Below are positions 9,201 to 18,593 of a DNA stretch of 64,000 nt, one piece after another. Every line of letters starts with the position of its first letter. The stretch's first letter is position 1. Made by a program: the position numbers and the translations under genes. The stretch is from positions 1,536,001-1,600,000 of the forward strand of contig CM000207.1 in NCBI GenBank assembly GCA_000002445.1, read 5' to 3'. The notes beneath the pieces are model-generated. The model did no database searches, had not been told where the DNA came from, and saw only the letters and a program-made list of their open reading frames with translations. The stretch is from Trypanosoma brucei (taxonomy: Eukaryota).

Positions 9201-10606
9201 AAAAGATGCTCGTCATCCCCAACGAAAATTGTGTGTTTGGTTGCGAAGGGCAGTACCACGCCTCGCAGATCAAACACCTGTGTACCCTTGGGGATGAAGT
9301 CGCCGGCATAAGTTATTTCACCCATTGTTGGGTGCCTCCGTGTCACTGCCAGAGAATTACTGGAGCTCCAGGGACAGCCATTCTGCAGCGCCTCCAGAAA
9401 CACGGGCTGTTGTGTGAAAGGCAAGAGCTGCTTCTTTTCCTCATCACTGAGCCCACGAAACCCTCGAACGGTATTTGAGCATTTCGGGGAACCACATTTG
9501 CATTCGAAAGGCGCAGGAAGCTCATATTGAAGTGTGGAGAGGTTGAGAGAGAGTTGGTCCCCAGGTTGAAGCATCCGTAGCGACACAAGCCTGCCATCAA
9601 GAAGAACTGTATTGGCATCACAGCTGTGCGCAATGGACAAGCTGTCAATGACGACTCGGTGCGGGCGTATATCAAATCTGTCTACCTGCAACAGTACCGT
9701 GCCCGGTGGGACAAACTGCTGGGTGGCGATCTTACCATCAGAGGTCAAAGTAAGCACCGTTGACTTCTGCAGCCCAGCGAGTGATGCAGTTGGGGGAACC
9801 ACCGCACTGTGTCTCTCCTTGATGGCGGCACACACACTCGGCAATAGTTGCGCTTGCTGCTCTGATCCAAGGTGGCGAAATCCACGGATAATACCGTAGC
9901 ATGAAGTAGTCTTGCAGGCGCAGGAGAATGGATGCGCGATATCCCACTCGGTGCACAGGAAATTGCGTGTGAGTTGTTCTTCTTTTTCAATAGCTCGCGT
10001 AGCAACAGCGGATATGGTTGTTCCACTAATTTCAAGTTGAACGTTTGGTTGGCAAGAATGCCGGACGAATTCCACACAACAAGAGGGTCGCAAGTACTTC
10101 TTACCGGGTAGTTCAATTGTACCTTGTGCAGGGAACGGCAGAAGAAGCGCTGTACTAGTGAATACGATGCTTCCTGCTTCGTGACTGCAAGTTGCTAGGG
10201 TTGCAAAGCCAGAGTCTGGCTTCCGTACGATTTCCACACTCTTTTGGCAACAAGTGGCGATGAACCCGTCCGCAAGTGCCTGTTGGCGTACCTTCTCATC
10301 TGCGTAGGGAAATAAACGTTGTTGCTCGTCTTCTCTAGCGTTTTTGAAAGTAGAAGCAGCGGAGCCCTGAGGAAGCCTTGCGCCGTCATATATCACCAAA
10401 CAAGGGTTGACCACCACAAACTCATCTTTATTTATCTCCTGCGTGGCGATAAGGAAGTTATTAATGATGGTTGCGTTAAATTCTTCGCCTAGTGCTACGC
10501 GGCGTTCGTCATCCAGGACAAGTTCGCCGTTCCCAAATGTATAGTTTGTGGGAATAGGGCATATCACCTCACCGATCTTGAAGCAGAAATTGGCTTTCAT
10601 TACCAT
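6257..10606 (-). CDS. Multi-SET-domain protein: 1449 aa with nine tandem minimal SET+post-SET modules of about 145 aa. Five are canonical (HSCxPN ... F/YxYxTTEW ... CxCGxxxCxGxIRGF) and they alternate with four degenerate ones (H[SH]Cxx[AT] ... CKCxxxxCxxxVRGF).
   Basis: Repeated SET signatures VRHSCQPNVQLE, IAHSCEPNLRVV, LAHSCDPNTRVL, VSHSCDPNTCIRV and IAHHCDPNVQVEV. Each is followed by an ELTFDY-like motif (MLTYDYLTTEW, VISFNYLTTEW...) and a post-SET Cys cluster (CICGTANCYGLIRGF etc.). Between them are variant modules IAHSCDANTVLL / VKHSCFANAVLL / LKHHCSPTAALI, each with its own post-SET-like CKCGSPKCSNTVRGF. Confidence 0.8.
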   Translation of the reverse strand: MVMKANFCFKIGEVICPIPTNYTFGNGELVLDDERRVALGEEFNATIINNFLIATQEINKDEFVVVNPCLVIYDGARLPQGSAASTFKNAREDEQQRLFPYADEKVRQQALADGFIATCCQKSVEIVRKPDSGFATLATCSHEAGSIVFTSTALLLPFPAQGTIELPGKKYLRPSCCVEFVRHSCQPNVQLEISGTTISAVATRAIEKEEQLTRNFLCTEWDIAHPFSCACKTTSCYGIIRGFRHLGSEQQAQLLPSVCAAIKERHSAVVPPTASLAGLQKSTVLTLTSDGKIATQQFVPPGTVLLQVDRFDIRPHRVVIDSLSIAHSCDANTVLLDGRLVSLRMLQPGDQLSLNLSTLQYELPAPFECKCGSPKCSNTVRGFRGLSDEEKKQLLPFTQQPVFLEALQNGCPWSSSNSLAVTRRHPTMGEITYAGDFIPKGTQVFDLRGVVLPFATKHTIFVGDDEHLFLTDQARCIAHSCEPNLRVVMDRSTKSGYCLSLRDIKLDEMLTYDYLTTEWELASSFRCICGTANCYGLIRGFRYLDARAQLRLWPHAARGVKSMFSRQRRGVLASLDDSLISIHETSGELRLMCDTTSGVKLFNVTDVQVIGDEVALDDIRVKHSCFANAVLLGRSVVLRRASLRGEAVTININHLCYTTTSFKCNCKGEHCVGEVSGFKGLTDEMKNAELICASPHVREAAVLDGFLVKSSSPLVEVKADVQMGQSTFAKSDIKKGTRFFRVNGLTLPFPTMHTILLSNRRHLLFGGGAQCLAHSCDPNTRVLTDNTARTIECIALRDIRKGEVISFNYLTTEWDMQYPFMCVCGSQKCYGWIGGFKHLGNDARQKLWNVTSTAIKSLVADTQSNPKGAWIQIASKRLMVCDEGTVHVATEMVAGTVVIEYSAVEVLDNFVYIDGVRLKHHCSPTAALIEKRVVLLRTVSAGDELNVNLNCLSYSLPEEIECKCCRFAQPHKVRGFKWLDEQDKEALIVFAQPDVRAAAIRDGFTSRSDSQLIGLRSCTAGLEVIAKTRVAAGTRLLATKGRSLPFPTPLTLQLGERRHLLPSGGAQFVSHSCDPNTCIRVDALNEAIEFETIRDIAVGEVVTANFVTTEWELHSPFQCKCNSSSCLHNIRGFKFLSSAQRSMLQRYITPAMRRLAGLTASVRLPPVLDVNQSRMLYAVSPVARKTVLLECTNIDIQPVQVAVGENGYIIQHKEEGNTVLVEGRFLALRSIEAGELLTVNMNYFVYDMKPLFPRAYSQHCLGFCHMEEDTKQQNLYLCEPPVRAQAMRDGWTVKSTSPLIEIRQNGDMGQTAYASTFIKKGVVLFDVSGFVVPFPTMYTICVGESRHLLFGEGAECIAHHCDPNVQVEVNEQKTRLRFVTLREISKGEMVTFNYCTTEWVMNSPFVCLCGSSYCAGTIRGFSSLCEADQQRLWPITSYVVKRLLARDGE

Positions 10607-10667
10607 TTCTCCTCGCTCTTAGTTTATCCGTTACGGCAGCCTAAGCTACCCCGTTTTCAAATGCTTT

Positions 10668-10712
10668 AAAAGGAACCAAAATACCGAAAAATAAACAAGA
10701 AACAACACTGAT
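10668..10712 (-). promoter_or_regulatory. Polypyrimidine tract (mRNA sense) upstream of the multi-SET gene
   Basis: + strand aaaaggaaccaaaataccgaaaaataaacaagaaacaaca lies 60-110 nt 5' of the ATG at 10606. Confidence 0.45.
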
Positions 10713-11415
10713 AGGACGCAATATTACACCTAGGTTGTACCACCACGCACCGTGACCTTGTTGTCGTTCGTTTGCTTTAGCTTCTTAACTTCCTTTTGTT
10801 ATTTATTATCTTACTCCTTGGAGGGCGCCTCTCCTTCCTCCCTTTTCTGCTCGTCTCTTTCTATCCCTGATTTTAAATAACAAAACGATCGATACTGTCG
10901 CTTCACCGAGTCTAAACCCTATTGCAAAGGAATGAAATGAGTTCAAAGAGATCATGAAAGAAAAATAGAGTTCCAAGAAGCGTCTAAAAGTGCAGATAAC
11001 GATGTTGAGCAGAAATGACGATATATGGGGTTGGATTCTCGTTCACATTTTTGTGTTTTCTGCACTGCAGATGTCCCGGCAAACCATTGTTTGACCTAAC
11101 GGGAAACGTTCTTTTTATTTGTTTACGCGTGGTGTTCAACACGACGCTCCAGCAACAGCAACGGACCACACACATACACACACACACAAATATATTTTCC
11201 ACAACTTTTGTCTACGATGTGTGTGTGTGCTCCCATCTTTCGGTATGAACATGGAGTTCAGCGGCGTAGTGCGCCTACACACACACGTTCTGGAAAAATA
11301 GGACCAAGTGAAACTAGACGTACAAACTTTTACAGAGATGTAACTACCACCCGCTCCTGTTGGAGTCACGTGAAGGAGCTCTGGTGGCACCAGAACGCTG
11401 TGGCCGAACACAGCA

Positions 11416-13881
11416 CTAATGGGGTGGCTCCGCGTTGAGGGCGCCACAAACAAGCGCTGCGCCGTGGCATCTACAATAGGCAGAACGTTCATTAGTTGTG
11501 TTAATGACTGATTGTGCCACCTTGCTGTGACGAAATGCGACGTGGAGCCGCATGGGGTTATCGGGATGAAAGTAAGTGAATACTACACTGAATGGCGTCC
11601 TAGAAAGGGCCGCCTGTACATAAACAGTCGGCATGGGGAACAGCACGGGCTCATTGACAATGTCTGCAGCGGAAGTTGACTCCATATCTCTGGGTTCCAC
11701 GAAAATGATCTCTGTCTCTAAGAGAAGCATGTTCATTGGCTTTCCAATTGGTACTACTTTTGAAGCTTTCCCAGGAGGTACAGCTACTTTTACAAGCTCG
11801 CAGCGAAACCGCGTTGTGGTACTTGATAGCCTGCCCACGGAGGCACCGACGCGGTGCTGAACTCCGTACTTCCTTAATCGAAGTATGAAACTGTCTTCTT
11901 GTTGCATCGTGTCATACAACATCCGGCGCACGCTTGCCCACATCATAAACTCTCTATCCTTCTGTTCTGTTGGACTGTGTGCAGCCCGGTGGTGGTACGA
12001 GACGAGGTCCCCAATCACCCCCTGCACATCAGCTAGCCGCTGCGGATGAGAAGTAAGTTGCCGCTGACAGCACAACCGCTCCGTTGAGGAGTAGCCACCA
12101 TACGGCAAAAGCGGAAGGAGCAGCGCCACCTCTCGGCCGAGTTTATCAAAGGAGTACTCCACGCGGGGCTCTGCCCCATTACATACGCGCTCCATCTCAA
12201 GAAAAAGGGTTTCGCAGGCCGACCGAAAGCAGTCTTTATTAGCCATTAATAAGCCCCGGTTCCCGCTGTTTTCATCGCTTCTACAATCCTTGCGACGAAT
12301 TAAGGTGTCGTAGTACGCCAGTAGCCGGCGCCTTAAAACTCCCTCGCAAAGGGACGCCAAAGCGACAGAAACTGTGCGCCGCTCTCGGGATTCTGGCACA
12401 AAAGTTTTTAGAAGGTTTAACGATAATTCGAACGCGGACAGTCGTGTCAACAGACTACACGTAATAAACCTGTAAAGTGCACCCACCAAACAAATACACC
12501 ACGGTTCCCGATGCGCGGTGCTTCCCATGCTGCTCTTCACATCCCTCAGGAACGTTTCATAGGACGGCAAAGCATCCACCGCCGTGCCCATACAACACTC
12601 TGCCGGGTCTTTGTCTCCGTCAAGCTGCTTCTTGGAGGGGGAAACCTCCACTTCGTTGTCGTCTCGGTTGCTGATTCGATCAGCAGTGCCGATTTCATTG
12701 CACAATCTCTCATCACTCATGTTTCCCCGCTCGTTGAATGCCCCAACATTCACGATCGCTCCAAGCAGGACAACACCAGCAGAGAGACAATGCATACACC
12801 CCTTACTAAGGATGCGCCCAAGTAAACACTCAGCGGGGTCTGAACCCTTAGGACCGAGCAGTCCGTCGAACAGCACTTGGTGGATCCTGTTTTCTTTCCC
12901 CAGGAGAAGCCACCGAGTAATCACACAGAGTGCAAGAGCGGGTTGCATAACAGGAGCGAATGCTGACCTCGTTACGGTTGAAGACTTCATTGGTGCCTCA
13001 ATCAAGGCCAGAAGAGGGTCAATGATTCCCGTCACCAGCGCAGGTCTGAGTTCCCTCTCCACAACCGTGGAAGACACCGCGAAGAGGTCGTTCACATAAA
13101 GTAAGTCATCCAACACATCCTCCGTCAGGCTTCTTATAGCGTCTACAGTGGGAAGTGGTGTTGCATCATCAGCATCACCAACGGCGTCGTGGTAGCGGTT
13201 CACTGCCTCCGAAAGTATCCCAATCTCAAGCCAAACATGTTTCGATATGATTCGAAGAATGTCTGGAAGGGCCTTCTCCATAAAAGACGTCAGAAACGTA
13301 CTCTGAAGCCGCGCAACGCTAATTACCACTTGCCTGGCGGCTCCACGGGCCATACGGTCGGACGTGTTGATCAGCTTGGCCGCGTAGTCAAACAAGGGGA
13401 ACACACCCAGCTGTCGGATGAAAAAGAATTGAACCGTGGTTTCATCACATCGCAGCGCAAGCGACTTCAAGAAAGATACATATACCGATAAAAGTTCATC
13501 GTCATTTTCATTCAGGTCAATGGATATCATCTTGTTAAGGTGATTTTTACTGCAGATATAATAAACGTTCTCCTTCATTGTAAGGTTGTGCAGCATCAAG
13601 GTAACAAAACGAAGCACCTCCGCTTTCACATTGGACGGTGACTCCACGTTTGTTACTATACTTTCCAGCGTGGTTATCATGTCTAGCTCAAGAAAAACAT
13701 CAAATGACGCATTGTTTTTTTTGTCGCCCCAGATTATCGCCTGTGCAAGCTCGCGCAAGATTTCAGAAATATTGTTGGTGGTGAAGGCTTGTGACTCATC
13801 TGTGGTTTTCAATGCCATACAGAGACGGCTGACATTTTCCTGAGAAAACTTTTCGTAGCTTTGGTTCTTAGCTTTCTGCAT
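11416..13881 (-). CDS. CLEC16A-like protein (FPL domain)
   Basis: The N-terminus ...LRELAQAIIWGDKKNNASFDVFLELDMITTLESIV... matches the CLEC16A FPL region (ILIWGDQNDSSVFDFFLEKNMF...). Downstream is YYICSKNHLNKMISIDLNENDDELLSVYVSFLKSLALRCDETTVQFFF, compared with NNYVNSII...DEEIMAYYISFLKTLSLKLNNHTVHFFY in CLEC16A. Confidence 0.8.
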   Translation of the reverse strand: MQKAKNQSYEKFSQENVSRLCMALKTTDESQAFTTNNISEILRELAQAIIWGDKKNNASFDVFLELDMITTLESIVTNVESPSNVKAEVLRFVTLMLHNLTMKENVYYICSKNHLNKMISIDLNENDDELLSVYVSFLKSLALRCDETTVQFFFIRQLGVFPLFDYAAKLINTSDRMARGAARQVVISVARLQSTFLTSFMEKALPDILRIISKHVWLEIGILSEAVNRYHDAVGDADDATPLPTVDAIRSLTEDVLDDLLYVNDLFAVSSTVVERELRPALVTGIIDPLLALIEAPMKSSTVTRSAFAPVMQPALALCVITRWLLLGKENRIHQVLFDGLLGPKGSDPAECLLGRILSKGCMHCLSAGVVLLGAIVNVGAFNERGNMSDERLCNEIGTADRISNRDDNEVEVSPSKKQLDGDKDPAECCMGTAVDALPSYETFLRDVKSSMGSTAHREPWCICLVGALYRFITCSLLTRLSAFELSLNLLKTFVPESRERRTVSVALASLCEGVLRRRLLAYYDTLIRRKDCRSDENSGNRGLLMANKDCFRSACETLFLEMERVCNGAEPRVEYSFDKLGREVALLLPLLPYGGYSSTERLCCQRQLTSHPQRLADVQGVIGDLVSYHHRAAHSPTEQKDREFMMWASVRRMLYDTMQQEDSFILRLRKYGVQHRVGASVGRLSSTTTRFRCELVKVAVPPGKASKVVPIGKPMNMLLLETEIIFVEPRDMESTSAADIVNEPVLFPMPTVYVQAALSRTPFSVVFTYFHPDNPMRLHVAFRHSKVAQSVINTTNERSAYCRCHGAALVCGALNAEPPH

Positions 13882-14283
13882 GTATGGTTCTTGATCGAAG
13901 AAGGAATAATGGAGTTATCCACGTAACTCCGCGGAAAGCTAAGAAGTAGGTGTAGCGGCAGGCCATCCTTCACACCACGGGGGTTATTAAAGAGATGTGA
14001 AAACAATAGGCAAATAGCGTATTGTGATCAATAATTTCCATGATGTTCGATAGTCCCGCAGATGAAGGTGAATCAAACTTCCGACAAAAAGAATTTATAC
14101 TTTTAGAATTGCTCACCGATAATGTGCAATAACACAAACTGGGCGAGACAGATGACAGCAAAGTTAGCACGCACAAACGGAAGCTGGATGCGTTTAGTGC
14201 TTAATGCTATGACCATTCCACCTGGAGCTCGCTAACGGTTCAATTATTTCAGGTCTTCTCTCCACATGTTGTTTTCAAAAATT

Positions 14284-16107
14284 TCAGCACATACTTGGGG
14301 TACTATCCGTGGTTGTGGCCCTACCTTCATTTCCGTCCAAAAGACGCAACAATAACAGGGCCCTCGCAACGTGCTCCCGTCGCGATCGGCGAGACACAAG
14401 GACGTGGTGCACCCCCGCCATAACAACTTCGGCGACACCCGTATTGAAGAAGTCAACAAACCCAACAAAGAACATTGATTCCGGGGCTCTCAGGCATTTG
14501 CCAATACCAAAAGTATCGTCTTGCTCATTCCACACGACAGACGCGATCAACTGGCCCATTGTACTGACCACAAATTCCACGCGTCCCGGTGACTCAGGCA
14601 CAACGGCTATGCTAAGCAAACCGCTACTAAGCACATGACCCGGGCCGTACATTGCCTTAACTGTGCTGTCCCCACCGGTATCACCACGATCATTAGTTGG
14701 CGGGGTGCAAGTACCATCAACATCCTCCCCAGCCAAGGCATACCGCTGCCTGTGCCGACAAAACACTATTCGACCCGGTGGGAGATCCGAGGAGGATTTG
14801 GAGCAATCGGAAAATTGACTTGCACTGCACTCACCCGAACCAAAAGTGATATCGTTTCCGCTGGCATCTGGTTTGCTTGCGGTATTCAAAATCCCCCATG
14901 ATAGTGTGATGAACTGCTGCACATCAGGAACCATCTGAACGGTGGATGCATCACCGTTTACGTGGCGTATGACCATGATGTAACCCAAACTATCCAGAAC
15001 AACAAGACTCATTGGTACGAACTTACCGCTTTCATTTCGCGAGGTATATACCGGGCTGTTGTCCGACAACACCTTCAGCCGCCGTTGCAACTGTTCCACT
15101 GCATCGCTACCACATGGCACCACCTGGGCTTGCGCATCGGAGCTTTCCACGAAGGCGACGTCGGCTATTGGACCTCTACTACGACGAACGACGCTACTTC
15201 TGCCGTTGTACATTATAATCACACGACCTCTGGTTGTACCCATTGCTGCAACCGCGCAAGGTGCTTCCCCCTGTTGTTTCTGCACTGTTAGAGCAGATAC
15301 GATACCACCGCACGACGGACTAACTAACCACGGAGCAGTACACGGTGGTGCATCGATAAGCCACATTGCCTCTAAGCTGCGTTCCTCCGTCTGTCCGGGA
15401 CGGAAGTGGACAAATGAGAAACACCCGTTAATGACATTGTGTGGGTCCCCCGGCGTAAGTACGCGTTGATTGCGCCTTTTGTTGGGCCCGGTACTCGCCT
15501 CTTTCCGCTGTTCATCATGGTAGCAGCTGCAAAGCACAACGTATTCTCCGTCTTTCGCTGATACACTGAACAGTGGATTGTAGAAGAGCCGGACGAGGCG
15601 CTGTCGGTTTCTTTCCTTAAAAAAAGTGGTCTCATTCGCCACGACGATGGGATTGTCTGGTGCAGAGAGGGTATCCAGCAGCGAGAAAAATAACGTCGTG
15701 ACGTGGGGTTGCTGCTGATGCTCGTGGCTGCTTTCCCATGCAACAACAACATACGTTGTATCAGGGACAGTGTGCTCATGCTGCTGCGTAGAATCTGGTG
15801 TGCCGGGTGGACCATCTTCCCCAGCCCCTGGAAGAAACGCAACGATGGAAGTAATTCGCACGTGACCTTGTTCGACATTAGGTGACCACAATTTTACAGA
15901 GATGATGGTCCCATCGCGTTTTACGATGTCGGGCCCCAGCAGATGCACTTCGGTGTGTGATGCGATAACGCAACAACTGAAACCACTGAGACTGCTCGTG
16001 TCATATGGCACAATCGCAGCGCACCCAACGCATGTGGTGCCGGGAATGTCCATGACTTCACCGCACGTTAGCGGCAGCGATGGCGCATCCATGCAGTTGT
16101 GAGGCAC
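14284..16107 (-). CDS. Conserved hypothetical protein (607 aa); no family assigned
   Basis: Long minus ORF with coding composition; the + strand ORFs overlapping it are short and antisense. Confidence 0.6.
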   Translation of the reverse strand: MPHNCMDAPSLPLTCGEVMDIPGTTCVGCAAIVPYDTSSLSGFSCCVIASHTEVHLLGPDIVKRDGTIISVKLWSPNVEQGHVRITSIVAFLPGAGEDGPPGTPDSTQQHEHTVPDTTYVVVAWESSHEHQQQPHVTTLFFSLLDTLSAPDNPIVVANETTFFKERNRQRLVRLFYNPLFSVSAKDGEYVVLCSCYHDEQRKEASTGPNKRRNQRVLTPGDPHNVINGCFSFVHFRPGQTEERSLEAMWLIDAPPCTAPWLVSPSCGGIVSALTVQKQQGEAPCAVAAMGTTRGRVIIMYNGRSSVVRRSRGPIADVAFVESSDAQAQVVPCGSDAVEQLQRRLKVLSDNSPVYTSRNESGKFVPMSLVVLDSLGYIMVIRHVNGDASTVQMVPDVQQFITLSWGILNTASKPDASGNDITFGSGECSASQFSDCSKSSSDLPPGRIVFCRHRQRYALAGEDVDGTCTPPTNDRGDTGGDSTVKAMYGPGHVLSSGLLSIAVVPESPGRVEFVVSTMGQLIASVVWNEQDDTFGIGKCLRAPESMFFVGFVDFFNTGVAEVVMAGVHHVLVSRRSRREHVARALLLLRLLDGNEGRATTTDSTPSMC

Positions 16108-16460
16108 CGCAGCCCGCTAATTGGTCTTGAAGGTTTTATACGTATTTCCCCCCTTACTGTCAGCGTTAGTACAGTTTCCAAAAAAGGGAACTCAGTCGAT
16201 GCAAAGGGAAAGTAATAAGCGAAATAGACCACAAAATAAACACTTCCATCCCGGGAAAAATTAGTATTGACGTCGGCTCAACGAGCAACAACGATATTAG
16301 AGGAGTTTATAAACAGCAGACTTTGGTACAAAGGCGCTACACAATGACGTCACATGATTCACGCTAAAGCCATGCGACTTTTGCTCATGCCTACGGTTAC
16401 TAACATCACTTTCCCCATCCATTCATCCATCCATAATATAGCACCTCGATTCACATACGC

Positions 16461-17138
16461 TCACCAGATATGGGTCTTTCCACACCGTAACTTTACTAAT
16501 TCATAACCCTTTTCATCCAGACTTTCCCTGATGTGTGCGAGAGCGGCGCGTTCTCTCCTTTCCTGTAGGAGAAAAGCCAGTTTATCTCCAGCCTCTTGGA
16601 TATGAGCCAGACATGTGTTCCACCACAGTTTCATCCGAAAACCAGCTTCAGCGTGAAGCATGACGGTTTCATCAAGAATCCGCGCTCGCTTGCGGTCCAA
16701 TTCCAGTTCATGCTGCTGCATCTTCTTTTGTAACTCTGCAAACGAACTAGGGGCTGTGAATTCCGGCACGATATTTGGCCGTGGTTGTAATGCCACTCGA
16801 TTTGACTCTATGATCCGCTGCAAATAGAGGTTTTTATTCCCATCCTCCAAGCTTGTGCTAATAGACTTACTTAACAAGTAATAAGCTGTTCCTATTGTCG
16901 TCGCCCCAACAAACATGGAAGCCACAAAAGCCTTGAGGCGCTTTGTGCTCACAAATGGCTTGGGCTCTACATACGGGAGCAGTAATTCTGGGGCCTCAGA
17001 AGCGGTCGGAGTGTAAACCGCTACTCTCTCACCTGTTCTTTCTGTACTTGGTGCATGTGCTCCATCTGATTTTACGGTAGGTGTAGTTGCTTGTTTCTTC
17101 ACGAGTGCTACGAGGACAATTCTTGAGGAATGCAACAT
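16461..17138 (-). CDS. Hypothetical protein with one predicted TM helix (FVASMFVGATTIGTAYYLL) and a C-terminal coiled-coil-like region
   Basis: ORF with a hydrophobic segment plus a charged heptad-like region (QKKMQQHELELDRKRARILDE). Confidence 0.5.
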   Translation of the reverse strand: MLHSSRIVLVALVKKQATTPTVKSDGAHAPSTERTGERVAVYTPTASEAPELLLPYVEPKPFVSTKRLKAFVASMFVGATTIGTAYYLLSKSISTSLEDGNKNLYLQRIIESNRVALQPRPNIVPEFTAPSSFAELQKKMQQHELELDRKRARILDETVMLHAEAGFRMKLWWNTCLAHIQEAGDKLAFLLQERRERAALAHIRESLDEKGYELVKLRCGKTHIW

Positions 17139-17578
17139 TATAGCCGGTCCCTACGTACGCTTTGTTTTTCTCTTTTAAGTGAGTGCGTGTGCGTACGTGG
17201 AGAAAGCAAGAGCGGTGGGTAACACAAGTAGAGAGATTCCAAACGATAGTCACGATGTAAGAAAAACATTAATAAAAATAACGCACATCACAGAAGCAAT
17301 GAATATACAGCGAACCCCGCCAGCAACGCGTTTCCCCCCTTTTCGCTTGGGCGTTATGCTCGTGTATGTGACGTCGTGTTTACACACACACACACACAGA
17401 AAGAGTAGGACTTATGTACAGGTTTGTGGCGCATCTTCCGCTCACACGCCACGGTCGACCGGGGGTCACGGTGTTGTGCGTGTGGGCTCCCAGTAGAGAA
17501 AGAGTTTTACGCTTGACGAAACGGTGATGATAGGAGCCGGGTGTCTGCATGCGACGTCTTCCCTCCTCTTCTTTTTGT

Positions 17579-17827
17579 TTAGAATTCCCATGTCTGTCGG
17601 CACATGGGGCATTCCGTGTTATCTTGCTCACGCTCAGCCCACCTTTCAATGCAATGGATGTGGAAGGTATGAGTACATTTCCCCGTAACAATGGGGCAAT
17701 CCTCCCCAGGGAAGCGGCACTGTGGGCAGCACGCCTCGAACTGCTGGCGACAAATGCCGCATGTGTCGTCCCGACAATCCCACACCCAACGGGCTACGAA
17801 GTGGGCACTCTTCACTTTTATATCCAT
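17579..17827 (-). CDS. APC11: Anaphase-promoting complex subunit APC11 (RING-H2, 82 aa)
   Basis: Near full-length match to APC11: VARWVWDCRDDTCGICRQQFEACCPQCRFPGEDCPIVTGKCTHTFHIHCIERW...CPMCRQTWEF versus human [50 protein letters not shown]...CPMCRQEWKF. It lacks the N-terminal extension of RBX1. Confidence 0.85.
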   Translation of the reverse strand: MDIKVKSAHFVARWVWDCRDDTCGICRQQFEACCPQCRFPGEDCPIVTGKCTHTFHIHCIERWAEREQDNTECPMCRQTWEF

Positions 17828-17881
17828 CGCCGAAGCTAAACCTCCCTTTGCTCTTCCTTCGCTGCACAGATATATACGTTA

Positions 17882-17908
17882 ATATATATATATATATATA
17901 TATATATA
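17882..17908. repeat. (TA)13-14 microsatellite
   Basis: Direct. Confidence 0.9.
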
Positions 17909-18110
17909 CGTTTACGTGCACACGGGATTTGTTCTGTCAACCTCAAGTTACTGAGATTAGTTAAAGTGTCGAAACAAAGCACAACGCAACCATAGTTGTT
18001 GGTAAATAAGTTAAATAAGCGACGCAGTTGTGAGCGGGAAACAAGAGGAAAGCGAGTTCACGTAAATACCTGAGGTTGCTGCCTTTGGAGGTTTTTTTTT
18101 CGCAGCGGCG

Positions 18111-18121
18111 CCCCCCCCCCC
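18111..18121. repeat. Homopolymer (C)11, preceded by T9
   Basis: Direct. Confidence 0.8.
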
Positions 18122-18593
18122 TTTCTCCCATATATGAGAAGACGGAAAAACGGCCCAGAACAGAACGTCTGCGCGCAAATGCACGCGTGTAAAGGGTTAA
18201 AGGCAATGATGATAAATATTCACCACAAAGTATTAGGGGGGAACTGGTGCCTTCACCACACACAGGGCAAATAAAAACCTCCGTTTCCCGCCAACTTCCA
18301 TTCTCCGAATGCACATTAAAAAAGTAACAGTGATGATGACGAACGCACATGTGAATTGTACACACACACACACAACTACGTTTGCTGCACGAGCTTTGTG
18401 TGATCAAAGAGTGGATTATATGTACTACATTATGTTAGGGAGTTGAATACCCTAGAAAAGAAAAAGAAAAAGAAAAAGTTCAACCGTCTCCGGATAGCAC
18501 AACTCCTATCTACCGCCATCCAGTTAGTGACTCCGCAGAAAGAAGGTCATCATTTCCCTTCCGCTTTCACCTCAGTTTGGCCCTTCACTGCGG

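Noticed and set aside
17961-18407. 148-aa minus ORF in the spacer between APC11 and the 18594..20615 gene
   Set aside because: Low-complexity, Cys-rich, spans (CA)n and poly-C/T sequence, and has no domain. It is more likely 3' UTR or intergenic.
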